From positions 1 through 55,314 of the IMG/VR virus record IMGVR_UViG_3300034073_001667: DNA of 55,314 nt. One strand, 5' to 3'. How positions within the stretch are numbered: the stretch's first letter is position 1; each line of letters opens with the position of its first letter. Shown here one piece after another: positions 9,371 to 17,522 of this stretch. This stretch comes from a virus. Lineage: Duplodnaviria > Caudoviricetes. A model generated the notes under the pieces. It did no database searches, had not been told where the DNA came from, and saw only the letters and a list, made by a program, of their open reading frames with translations. The translations under genes and the position numbers were made by a program.

Positions 9371-9841
9371 CTATTTATAGGGTTTGTATTTTGTCTTACC
9401 AGCAGCGTCACGGTATGCGATAAGGATTTGCTTTCTGTTCGCTCCTTTACGGTATCCTACGTGTACCCAATCGAAATCACCATCTGCACGCTGGAATTCT
9501 CCGATGCATTGATCGAATTCAAGATTGTTGATGATGTAGTTAAAAACATCTTTGTTACGCACACCATTGCCGTGACCATCTTGATCCAAGTCCAACGCAC
9601 GTCCGTTGTTATGGTCAGAGGTGGCACTACCGCCAATCGCCTTGTTCAACGCAGCAGAGCGGTACCCACTAGAGATGTAGATTGGAACACCAAAGTGCTC
9701 ACGCACCTTGTCGAACACCTCATCACAGATCACCTTCAGGTTCTCCAGATGTTCTGCTGTTGGACTATTGTCAATCCCCTTGCGCTTGGCAGTATCACTC
9801 CGTGTTACCTCAGCCAACGATACGTACTTACTTAACTTCAT
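9371..9841 (-). CDS. Endolysin, peptidase M15 family
   Basis: SSGYRS..LN..IGGS.TSDH..G.ALD..WVHVGY zinc-peptidase motifs. TATCTTTG at 9846-9853. Confidence 0.88.
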   Translation of the reverse strand: MKLSKYVSLAEVTRSDTAKRKGIDNSPTAEHLENLKVICDEVFDKVREHFGVPIYISSGYRSAALNKAIGGSATSDHNNGRALDLDQDGHGNGVRNKDVFNYIINNLEFDQCIGEFQRADGDFDWVHVGYRKGANRKQILIAYRDAAGKTKYKPYK

Positions 9842-9999
9842 ATGGCAAAGATAGTAACAGCAATAATAGCTGTATTTGATAGCTGTTTCACTTATTTATG
9901 GCTCCGTAAGTAGAAATCGCATTAAGTGTGTACTGTAACACTTATACATTATTGACTGCAACTGCTTGATAAACAATTATGAACAAACATACTCTTATA

Positions 10000-10031
10000 T
10001 TTGCTTATTAACTTTTTCATTTGTAACTTCG
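10000..10031 (+). promoter_or_regulatory. Promoter TTTG-N20-TAACTTCG
   Basis: Bacteroidota -33/-7 spacing; no credible ORF downstream. Confidence 0.55.
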
Positions 10032-10724
10032 CTAAGGCTAGAGCCGATAGACAGAACGCAGACTAACTAAGCTCTCTTATCATCGAGAGCCTACTTAGCC
10101 TACCAAACAAAGCAGGGGCGGCGCCTCAAGCAGAGCCCCCACCCCACCGCCGATAGCAAACAAAACTCAAGCTCCTAGGGTCCGCTCAGCTACCTAGAAT
10201 ACAGGCGCACTATACCCTAACCATAGCTGTTCAAATCATAACAGCAATCTAGTTGGCTCTAATAGTTTTTTCTTTTTTAGAATAGCCAACTTGTATCTGG
10301 TGGCTGCAAATAAGTATCTAGCGTTAGATATAAGTACCTAGGGGATTATATACATAATCGATCGTTCGCGCGCGCGTACGGAAACCGATCCCCAGACGTA
10401 TGGGGTTGCGTTTGACAGCATTTCGTTCGTAGGTTTCAGCGTTTTACCCACGTGACTCTCGTGATGAACTGACTGATTTTGCTGAGGGTTTTGAGTTGAG
10501 TTCCTAGAGAAAAGGAGGAACAATCCCCCCCCCACTTCACCCATTTCTCCCACTATCTCCCACCCTTGCCCACGTGCTATGCACACTTGCACACGTGCTC
10601 ACGTACGTGCGTGTGTGTGTACGTGCGCGCATTATGCGCGTGCGCGAGCCAAAGGAATTCGGTTAGCTTTATCCATCATTTTGAGCAATGGATATAAAGT
10701 TTCGTTCAATTTGCGGTTTGCCTA

Positions 10725-10754
10725 TTGTGGGTTCGTTTCGGCTAACTACATTCG
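10725..10754 (+). promoter_or_regulatory. Early promoter TTG-N19-TACATTCG
   Basis: Precedes the first early gene at 10782. Confidence 0.55.
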
Positions 10755-10781
10755 CAGTGTTAACCACTTAAAACAATTGCT

Positions 10782-11096
10782 ATGACACCTTCATCACTTT
10801 ACAACACCCCCTCACTCGGAGACTTCATTAAGAGCACCTACGGCGAGATACCTTCGGTCGAGGTTTTGACTGAGCAGGTAGAGAACAACGTACGCCGCCT
10901 TGCTGAACTTGAGGCACGTGTTCCGAACTTCCTTAAGGAAAAAGAATTCGCCTTCGTTGACTTGCGTCGTGAGGTTATCACCTTGCAAGACATTGAGGAC
11001 TACGAGTACGACACTGCTGACGTGAACTACCACTGCAAACGTGCGAACGAACTTCTCACTGAGGTTGAGCAACGTGCGACTAAGTTAGGCTACTAA
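10782..11096 (+). CDS. Early hypothetical protein
   Basis: First plus-strand ORF; A-rich leader; helical. Confidence 0.75.
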   Translation: MTPSSLYNTPSLGDFIKSTYGEIPSVEVLTEQVENNVRRLAELEARVPNFLKEKEFAFVDLRREVITLQDIEDYEYDTADVNYHCKRANELLTEVEQRATKLGY

Positions 11097-11128
11097 AAAA
11101 ATTAATCAACCGAAAAAACTGTTCTGCT

Positions 11129-11308
11129 ATGAAAACTGAAAATATCTATGGAATCGTCGAGTCTCAGATTGAGTTGCTGTTTGACTCAGTGTGCGAAGAG
11201 TTCAACCTTGAGTCGGGCGATATTTCGCCTGAACTTCAGGTGAGGTTAGATAAGTGTGTTGAGGAACTTGAGGCCATCGTCGAGGGGTTCATCAACCTAA
11301 ACAAGTAG
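11129..11308 (+). CDS. Early acidic hypothetical protein (59 aa)
   Basis: MKTENIYGIVESQIELLFDSVCEEFNLESGDISPELQVRLDKCVEELEAIVEGFINLNK; below the ORF-track cutoff. Confidence 0.7.
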   Translation: MKTENIYGIVESQIELLFDSVCEEFNLESGDISPELQVRLDKCVEELEAIVEGFINLNK

Positions 11309-11313
11309 GTGCT

Positions 11314-11511
11314 ATGAAAGTGCATACGTATTCCTTTGGGGGTCTTGAAATCAGGGTTTGCTACCATCGTGATGCCGAAGGTGCGCTGAAGTGGGCTGTA
11401 AGTTCTCCTGAGTTCGATGTGTGTGAATATACTGACGAACTATGGGCAACGAAGGGTGAGGCGGTAGATGCGGGAATGTATGCCGCGAAGAGGTTAACTG
11501 ATGAGTCCTAG
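11314..11511 (+). CDS. Early hypothetical protein
   Basis: 65 aa; its stop codon lies in the hammerhead stem II loop. Confidence 0.7.
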   Translation: MKVHTYSFGGLEIRVCYHRDAEGALKWAVSSPEFDVCEYTDELWATKGEAVDAGMYAAKRLTDES

Positions 11512-11541
11512 GTGGACGAAACGTCGCGAGACGTCTTAACC
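11492..11541 (+). ncRNA. Hammerhead ribozyme, type I
   Basis: GGTTAA-CTGATGA-GTCC-taggt-GGAC-GAAA-CGTC-gcga-GACG-TC-TTAACC. Full catalytic core, three perfect stems, GUC cleavage triplet (cut after C11535). Confidence 0.93.
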
Positions 11542-11558
11542 ATAAAACAATCGAAACT

Positions 11559-11762
11559 ATGAACAATTCAATTGAAAGCATCATCGCATACGAGAACGGA
11601 GAGCTCACTGATCAGGAGGTAGTGTACTTCTTTGCCGAACTAGTTAAGAGTGGTCTGGCTTGGAATCTTCAGGGCCACTACGGACGGACTGCGAGTGCGC
11701 TGATTGACCACGGACTTATTGACGAGCAAGGAAACGTTTCTCTTGCTGTTCTAGAACTTTAA
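11559..11762 (+). CDS. Conserved early phage protein
   Basis: IIAYENGEL..LVKSGLAWNLQGHYGRTA..LI motif, recurrent in phage early regions. Confidence 0.75.
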   Translation: MNNSIESIIAYENGELTDQEVVYFFAELVKSGLAWNLQGHYGRTASALIDHGLIDEQGNVSLAVLEL

Positions 11763-11785
11763 TAAACGCCAACGAAATCTAACCT

Positions 11786-11995
11786 ATGAAAACTTATCAA
11801 TTCATCGTGACTGTGAGCAACAGCACCATCGTCGAAGTTCAATCTGAAAACTACGAGGAGGCCGTCGGACTTGCTCTGAAGGAGTTCCACGAGAGTGAGG
11901 TCATCCACGACCTATGCGACCCACGCTCTATGGGTGTGGACATTGAGCTCGAAGAGGAGTTTGATGGTGAGGTACCAGAAATGTATCCACTTTGA
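11786..11995 (+). CDS. Early acidic hypothetical protein
   Basis: MKTYQFIVTV..VEVQSENYEEAV. Confidence 0.7.
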   Translation: MKTYQFIVTVSNSTIVEVQSENYEEAVGLALKEFHESEVIHDLCDPRSMGVDIELEEEFDGEVPEMYPL

Positions 11996-12069
11996 CCGAA
12001 AATGTGTTTTGCCGAACAAACAATTCTTTTAACCTTTGACTAACCAACGAAATAATTAAAACTATGAAA
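11993..12069 (+). repeat. Promoter/leader repeat, copy 1
   Basis: TGACCGAAAATGTGTTTTGCC..AATTCTTTTAACCTTTGA..AACCAAC..AATTAAA..ATGAAA; near-duplicate at 12534. Confidence 0.75.
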
Positions 12070-12219
12070 CAATTAGAATCAGGAGCGGCATCGCTCAAGG
12101 TGGAGCTAACCCACGGAGAAATCGTGGTATACCACGGAACGGACGGTACTTTGCTGTTTACCCGCCCTGCCTTCGAGGGAGATTGGAGCAAACTTTTTAA
12201 TCAACTTAAAAACAACTAA
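12064..12219 (+). CDS. Early hypothetical protein (51 aa)
   Basis: MKQLESGAASLKVELTHGEIVVYHGTDGTLLFTRPAFEGDWSKLFNQLKNN. Confidence 0.65.
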   Translation: MKQLESGAASLKVELTHGEIVVYHGTDGTLLFTRPAFEGDWSKLFNQLKNN

Positions 12220-12225
12220 GAAACT

Positions 12226-12540
12226 ATGGAACGCTTTAACAAATATCAATTCACTGCCGACCTAGAGGCAGAACTTCTAGAGGCTGTAAACAACGACCAG
12301 ATTAGTGAGCTCGAAGAGGTCTTCGACTGGATGCATCAATCAATCGAGAACGCTATTATCTATGCGGCGGACTGCTTCGAAATCATTCGGGAACTTCACT
12401 TCACGAACTTCAAGGATAGCGACTTTGAGATCACTGACATCTACCAGGCCGCCTATGCCGCCTTGTACGAGTACGCCAACGAAAACATTGACCTAAGTGA
12501 TGTCGAGGAAGCGATTAAAAACAAGATAGAAAATGACTGA
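12226..12540 (+). CDS. Ocr (T7 gp0.3)-like DNA-mimic anti-restriction protein
   Basis: 104 aa, very acidic. ELLEAVNNDQISELEEVFDWMHQSIENAIIYAADCFEII..FKDSD..AALYE aligns by eye with the recalled Ocr sequence. Confidence 0.65.
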   Translation: MERFNKYQFTADLEAELLEAVNNDQISELEEVFDWMHQSIENAIIYAADCFEIIRELHFTNFKDSDFEITDIYQAAYAALYEYANENIDLSDVEEAIKNKIEND

Positions 12541-12611
12541 AAATGGGTTTGCCTATCTAAGTAATTCTTTTAACCTTTGAAAAACCAACAAAACAATTAA
12601 ACACAATGAAA
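12534..12611 (+). repeat. Promoter/leader repeat, copy 2
   Basis: TGACTGAAAATGGGTTTGCC..AATTCTTTTAACCTTTGA..AACCAAC..AATTAAA..ATGAAA. Confidence 0.75.
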
Positions 12612-12986
12612 AACACAATGAGCCTTTTAGAAGCCGTAGAATTCCTAGTAGGACTTCAGGACGGTGAGAACGACCAACTTGCTCAGGCAATAGATGTAGT
12701 CGTTGGCGGACTTAAGTTTGGCCACGAGGAATTCAATCAGGTGGAACTACCTTCCTTAGCCTGGACTGCGGAAGACTTTGATAACCACGTTGAGGGACTA
12801 TACGACCTAGGAAAGATTGACGAGTCAACAGCAAAGAAACTTATGGCCTATCGTGAGTCTGAAAAGCTAGGTATTGTCTCGAACGCAATCGAAGATATCG
12901 AGGACTCAATTATGGAGAAAATAAATGATAGCATTTTCTATCGTGTTCGTCTAGAAGCTAACCAAGTAAAAAATCAAAACCAATGA
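12606..12986 (+). CDS. Early acidic hypothetical protein
   Basis: 126 aa, follows the repeated promoter. Confidence 0.75.
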   Translation: MKNTMSLLEAVEFLVGLQDGENDQLAQAIDVVVGGLKFGHEEFNQVELPSLAWTAEDFDNHVEGLYDLGKIDESTAKKLMAYRESEKLGIVSNAIEDIEDSIMEKINDSIFYRVRLEANQVKNQNQ

Positions 12987-13180
12987 GCACCCCATTATAC
13001 ATTGAAGCCTTCACCACTATTGATGAGTGTGTGTACTACCTCACTGAAAAGCTTGGCCTTAAGTGGGACTATGAGAAAGAGAAATCTTTGACGAGCAAAA
13101 TGTACTACGAACACAAGGACACCCTGGTGCTGTACGATCCCGCTCGAATCATCGCCGACTACGATCACGAACTGAATTAA
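12983..13180 (+). CDS. Hypothetical protein
   Basis: ATGA-coupled, 65 aa. Confidence 0.65.
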   Translation: MSTPLYIEAFTTIDECVYYLTEKLGLKWDYEKEKSLTSKMYYEHKDTLVLYDPARIIADYDHELN

Positions 13181-13202
13181 TCTAACCTAAAAAATCAAAG
13201 CA

Positions 13203-13751
13203 ATGCCTAATTGGATGAGAACAGCCCTCGAAGTATCGGGCGATCAGAAACTACAGCAAGAATTCTTTGCCGCCATCGGCAACGGAATCGGGTCAGAACA
13301 GCCAATCGATTTCGAGAAGCTGATACCACCACCTGCGAATATCTTCAGGGGTAACTTCGGAGAGACAGAGCGAGTGTACTGCGAGGAGAACAACCTACCG
13401 AATTGGTACGATTGGAACCGCGAGAACTGGGGGACCAAGTGGAACGCGGCCTACGGAGAGCTTCGCCCTTCGAAGCAAGGAGACAGCACAGTGCTGTTCT
13501 TTGACACCGCGTGGAGCTTGCCTATGCCTATCCTCGAGAAGATTGAGGAGATGCTGATGAACGAGTTCCTTGGCCTTGAAATCTACGGAGAGTTCATTGA
13601 GGAGGGCTACGCAGTTGCGGGAGTTATCCTGATGGGTAAGGACGGCGGAGATATCCGCGAGATAGACATCGACTTCGACCAAGAGTCAGACCAACCAAAG
13701 ATTAACTTCTTTGATCAGGACGGAACAGAATTTAAATTTAAAAACCTTTAA
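13203..13751 (+). CDS. DUF1281/YubB-like ferredoxin-fold protein
   Basis: MPNW start; WYDWNRENWGTKWNA and FDTAWS.P.PI motifs. Confidence 0.8.
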   Translation: MPNWMRTALEVSGDQKLQQEFFAAIGNGIGSEQPIDFEKLIPPPANIFRGNFGETERVYCEENNLPNWYDWNRENWGTKWNAAYGELRPSKQGDSTVLFFDTAWSLPMPILEKIEEMLMNEFLGLEIYGEFIEEGYAVAGVILMGKDGGDIREIDIDFDQESDQPKINFFDQDGTEFKFKNL

Positions 13752-13754
13752 GCT

Positions 13755-13949
13755 ATGAAATCTTTCTTCGGGCAAATCTTCACTCCACTGCGCCAACCAA
13801 AGGTGCGCATTGACTACACAAACGGTGTGTTCATCCTGGTTGATGAGTCAGACCAAAGCTTGGGCTACGAGTTCAAGAACTTCAACGAGGCGTTCCGCTT
13901 CGCTAAGACGATGGGCTATGAGTTCAGTGATAACGACTACTTCATCTGA
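13755..13949 (+). CDS. Hypothetical protein
   Basis: 64 aa in operon context. Confidence 0.65.
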   Translation: MKSFFGQIFTPLRQPKVRIDYTNGVFILVDESDQSLGYEFKNFNEAFRFAKTMGYEFSDNDYFI

Positions 13950-13950
13950 T

Positions 13951-14100
13951 ATGGGGTTCATCGTTTCATACAACCCAGACAGCGAAACCTTCGACGTACT
14001 ACAGCAGAATCCGTTTCGACTTGTTCGTTCCTTCACCTACGAGGAGGAAGCCTTCAACTACGCCAAACAATTAGAATCTATTAAACAGCAAAAGAAATGA
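13951..14100 (+). CDS. Hypothetical protein (49 aa)
   Basis: MGFIVSYNPDSETFDVLQQNPFRLVRSFTYEEEAFNYAKQLESIKQQKK; ATG 13951 preferred over 13810. Confidence 0.6.
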   Translation: MGFIVSYNPDSETFDVLQQNPFRLVRSFTYEEEAFNYAKQLESIKQQKK

Positions 14101-14702
14101 AAGACTACAGCGACAACCCTATCGAGACACGACTTCAGAACTGCACTGAGTGCGGACACGAGTTCGATCAGGACAACGACTACTACGAGTACAACGCCAA
14201 GGATGAAATCATCTGCAGTGACTGCTACTCTTCGCACTGGGATAGTGCGGTGAGCGTATACGAGTACGACCCAGAATTTGAATCTGTTGATCACATTCAG
14301 TACTCATACACACTGAATAAGACACGTAGTCTAGAGACATACGATGAGTTCGAAGAGTTGCCTAAGTGTATTAAGAGTGCCGGGTGGAAAAAGATAGATG
14401 GATGGAGAGGATACGTGGATGTAGAGATTGCCGATGGCTTCACCTGCGTTGCCGAAGGATGGTCTACTGATATGTACGATGATGTCAAGTGGAAGTGGGA
14501 CTTCAACGAGTTCGTTGACAAGGTACACTCAGGAGAACTTGTACCGCCAGTCGAGACATTCTTCATCTTCGCTCAGACGAGCAACGTATTTTCTACTGCC
14601 GCACAGCTTGTGGTACGTACGCACCAAGAGAACACATTCCTGAACTGGTTGGCTGATCAGGCAGGGCTTACTAAAGAACAACTTCAAAACGCATTAAAAT
14701 GA
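14097..14702 (+). CDS. Hypothetical protein with N-terminal Zn finger
   Basis: CTEC..CSDC, 201 aa. Confidence 0.75.
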   Translation: MKDYSDNPIETRLQNCTECGHEFDQDNDYYEYNAKDEIICSDCYSSHWDSAVSVYEYDPEFESVDHIQYSYTLNKTRSLETYDEFEELPKCIKSAGWKKIDGWRGYVDVEIADGFTCVAEGWSTDMYDDVKWKWDFNEFVDKVHSGELVPPVETFFIFAQTSNVFSTAAQLVVRTHQENTFLNWLADQAGLTKEQLQNALK

Positions 14703-14905
14703 AAAACGGAATCTACATTGAACTAACTGAGTCGCTATCTTGGTCAGTTGATAACGACAACTATATGCTAACGGCAATGTTTTCGAGCTCGGAGGGGGAC
14801 ACAGTCATTGACTTCCCCCTTCACGAAGACTTCCTTGACTTTGCTTTGGCTTATGTCGAACAATACAAAAGACACATCAATAATAAAATCAACAATGAGT
14901 TATGA
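14699..14905 (+). CDS. Hypothetical protein
   Basis: ATGA-coupled. Confidence 0.6.
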   Translation: MKNGIYIELTESLSWSVDNDNYMLTAMFSSSEGDTVIDFPLHEDFLDFALAYVEQYKRHINNKINNEL

Positions 14906-15039
14906 ATCGCAAGAAAACAAACGAGGAGTTCGGTGAGGTCTTTGACCTACTTGTTGAAAAAGCTATGTCGTTTCTGCAGGTGATTATTTTCGCTAACATT
15001 GTAGTGTTAATAGTGGCGCAGATACTCAAAGCATTATAA
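14902..15039 (+). CDS. Small membrane protein (45 aa)
   Basis: MNRKKTNEEFGEVFDLLVEKAMSFLQVIIFANIVVLIVAQILKAL; C-terminal TM helix. Confidence 0.55.
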   Translation: MNRKKTNEEFGEVFDLLVEKAMSFLQVIIFANIVVLIVAQILKAL

Positions 15040-15041
15040 TT

Positions 15042-15356
15042 ATGAAGATGACCTACGAATCATTCACCTCAACAACCTTCCGCATCAAGTTCTGCATTGG
15101 CTCAGAACGTGCGGAGGTAACAATCGAACCGCTTGTCGATGACGAGTGGGTTACCACCTACGTGGGAAACGAGTGCTACGATGTTAACCTTTGGCTGGAT
15201 GATAACGTAGGCAAGGATCAGGAAGGGCTTGTGCGCTTTGGTGTGTACCACGTCAAGCCCGACCCTGACAACTCCCCAGATGGGATGTGGATTACCGACA
15301 GCAAGGTGGTCTGCAGTAGCGACTGTCCGGGATCTCAGATTGAGATTTGCTGTTAA
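15042..15356 (+). CDS. Hypothetical protein
   Basis: 104 aa. Confidence 0.65.
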   Translation: MKMTYESFTSTTFRIKFCIGSERAEVTIEPLVDDEWVTTYVGNECYDVNLWLDDNVGKDQEGLVRFGVYHVKPDPDNSPDGMWITDSKVVCSSDCPGSQIEICC

Positions 15357-15385
15357 TAACTTTATTTTTAATTCAACCAAAAAAC

Positions 15386-15416
15386 TTGCAAGTCTCGAGA
15401 ACGAGCGCTAACTTCG
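15386..15416 (+). promoter_or_regulatory. Promoter TTG-N20-TAACTTCG
   Basis: Same -7 box as the one at 10024-10031. Confidence 0.55.
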
Positions 15417-15454
15417 CTTAGCTCAAGAGCGCAAGAGAAACCAAAATGATAACT

Positions 15455-15586
15455 ATGAGCGAGCACTTTCAGTCACTAGTAGAGTTCTACGTGCTACGGA
15501 TTAGCGCGATGGAGGCGGCCCTCAAAGCCGCCGAATCCGAGCGCGATGCCCTGCTAAAAGAGCTTATGGAGCGTAAGGCTTCCTGA
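15455..15586 (+). CDS. Small coiled-coil protein (43 aa)
   Basis: MSEHFQSLVEFYVLRISAMEAALKAAESERDALLKELMERKAS. Confidence 0.5.
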   Translation: MSEHFQSLVEFYVLRISAMEAALKAAESERDALLKELMERKAS

Positions 15587-15647
15587 CGCTTCGTTACCGA
15601 GCGCAATACAGGCGCACTGTGTCCAACCCGAAACAACCAATGAAACA

Positions 15648-15767
15648 ATGAGAGAACAGTTTATGAGGATAGCTATGGCTAGGTTACGTGCCGACTATCC
15701 GTTCCGACTACAACGTATTGCTGTTGCCGCAAAGATGTGGAGTAAACACCTTGAAAGAAAACAGTAA
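15648..15767 (+). CDS. Small basic protein (39 aa)
   Basis: MREQFMRIAMARLRADYPFRLQRIAVAAKMWSKHLERKQ; A-rich leader. Confidence 0.55.
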   Translation: MREQFMRIAMARLRADYPFRLQRIAVAAKMWSKHLERKQ

Positions 15768-15824
15768 TAAACACTTGCATATCAGAAAGATTGCTCGTAC
15801 TTTTACTAAACAATTCAATTCACT

Positions 15825-16427
15825 ATGAAAGAACTAACGTTCCAACAGCGACTGATTAACGTCCAGTCGCGACTGAAGGCTCCCAAGTCTCAGTACAATT
15901 CGTTTGGTAAGTATTCTTACCGCAACCAAGAGGATATCCTCGAAGCAGTCAAGCCTCTGCTCGCAGAGAACGGACTGATTATGACTATCTCTGACGAGAT
16001 TGTTGACTCTGGATTTGATACCGCTATGCTGGTTGTCAAGTCAACTGTTACAATCACTGATGGGGAACACAGCGTCTCATCAACAGCTTGTGCAGGCATT
16101 GATCCGAACCGCAAGGGTATGGACATCGCACAATCATTCGGAGCTTCATCTTCGTATGCCCGTAAGTACAGCTTAAATGGCCTGCTATTGATTGACGATA
16201 CCAAAGATGCTGATGCTACAAATACTCACGGCAAGGACGCTCCGGCTTCGATGCCTACGGCGAAGCCAGCGTCCGTTGCCCCACCGAAGGACGATATGTT
16301 TCAGAAGGCTGTTGACCGAATGAAAGAGGTCGGAACGAAAGCCAAGTATGATGAGATTATCGCGGCTATCGGTACCCAGTTGTCTGAGGCACAGCGTAAC
16401 GCGCTGAGCAAATTCATCAAGAAGTAA
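15825..16427 (+). CDS. erf: ERF-family ssDNA annealing protein
   Basis: LKAPKSQYNSFGKYSYR..EDILEAVKP; GASSSYARKYSLNGLLLIDD..DAD. Confidence 0.9.
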   Translation: MKELTFQQRLINVQSRLKAPKSQYNSFGKYSYRNQEDILEAVKPLLAENGLIMTISDEIVDSGFDTAMLVVKSTVTITDGEHSVSSTACAGIDPNRKGMDIAQSFGASSSYARKYSLNGLLLIDDTKDADATNTHGKDAPASMPTAKPASVAPPKDDMFQKAVDRMKEVGTKAKYDEIIAAIGTQLSEAQRNALSKFIKK

Positions 16428-17215
16428 TGAGTGAGATTGTCTTACTTGACGGCACGTCGTGGGAGTTACCCACGCTGTTGGATGCGATGCTAGATGATGA
16501 CTTCTACTATGGATACCTTGGTGGCGCTTCACTATCATCTTCTTCTGACAAGTTGCTGAACGCAAGCCCGAAGGAGTATGCAAAGTCTTTGCGTGGCCAT
16601 CAGCTTGAAACGTCTGCGCTTTCCGTCGGTAAACTAATTCACACGGCAGTCCTTGAACCAGAGAAGGTAGATAGCCTTTTTGTTACTGTTGATGTATCCA
16701 CGAAGTCTACCAAGGCTTACAAGGAAGCAAAGCAACAGCTAGGCAAGGGGCAGACACTACTTACAGCAAACGAGTACGACTCAGCAATGTATGTTGTTGA
16801 CGCACTATTACGCAACGAGATAGTAAAGAATATGCTCAAGGGTGCAGAGTTCGAGAAACCAGCAATTGGTCACGTCGAAGGACTACCTCACAGAGCCAAG
16901 GCTGATATCCTACACCCAGGTGTTGCAGTTTACGATTTGAAGACAACCTCCGAGATCGGCGGTTTTAACTACAGCGCACGAAAGTATGGTTATCCCGCTC
17001 AAGTGTACATCTACTGCACGCTGTTTGGAATTGGCTACGAGAACTTTAAGTTCATCGCAGTCGATAAAGGTAGCAAGGACATCGGGGTCTTCTCCGTCTC
17101 CGAAGCCTTCTACCTCGAGGGTAAGCGCCTAGTTGAGAATGCTGTTCGTATTTATACGGACTACTTCATCAACGGCGAAGATCTCGACACTTACATCATT
17201 TACGGAGAACTTTAA
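16427..17215 (+). CDS. RecE/Exonuclease VIII-like PD-(D/E)XK nuclease (DUF3799-like)
   Basis: LSSS..GKLIHTAVLEP; KADIL..YDLKTT..YGYPAQVYIY. Confidence 0.85.
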   Translation: MSEIVLLDGTSWELPTLLDAMLDDDFYYGYLGGASLSSSSDKLLNASPKEYAKSLRGHQLETSALSVGKLIHTAVLEPEKVDSLFVTVDVSTKSTKAYKEAKQQLGKGQTLLTANEYDSAMYVVDALLRNEIVKNMLKGAEFEKPAIGHVEGLPHRAKADILHPGVAVYDLKTTSEIGGFNYSARKYGYPAQVYIYCTLFGIGYENFKFIAVDKGSKDIGVFSVSEAFYLEGKRLVENAVRIYTDYFINGEDLDTYIIYGEL

Positions 17216-17225
17216 TTCTAATTTT

Positions 17226-17522
17226 ATGTCAGACAAGCAGAAACCCAACTACTTCGGTAGTGTTTTCTATAACGAGTATGAAGGACAGTTCTCAGGATAC
17301 GCCCTCTTGCTCTCTCTAGCCCAACTCGAAGACGCGAAGCAATTCGTTGGCGAGAACGGACGCGTTCGTATCAATATCCGCAATGGAAAGATTGATCCGA
17401 AAAAGCCGTACGCTACGATTGCACCAGACAATTCGAAAGGCGGTGGTCAAGCACAGCAGTCTAAGCAGTATAACAATCGTCCTGCTCAGCAGAACGAGGG
17501 TACAAGCGACTTGCCGTTCTAA
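17226..17522 (+). CDS. Putative single-stranded DNA-binding protein
   Basis: Gln-rich tail ending SDLPF; next to erf and the exonuclease. Confidence 0.6.
   Translation: MSDKQKPNYFGSVFYNEYEGQFSGYALLLSLAQLEDAKQFVGENGRVRINIRNGKIDPKKPYATIAPDNSKGGGQAQQSKQYNNRPAQQNEGTSDLPF

Larger units (their letters stand above)
9850..10780. other. Non-coding divergence region, probable genome terminus/packaging-origin region
   Basis: Only long gene-free stretch; point of strand switch; inverted repeats, C-tracts and an alternating purine-pyrimidine run. Confidence 0.55.

Noticed and set aside
10338-10785. ORFs 10338-10592 (-) and 10579-10785 (+)
   Set aside because: Translations of C-tracts and alternating purine-pyrimidine DNA; no typical leader.
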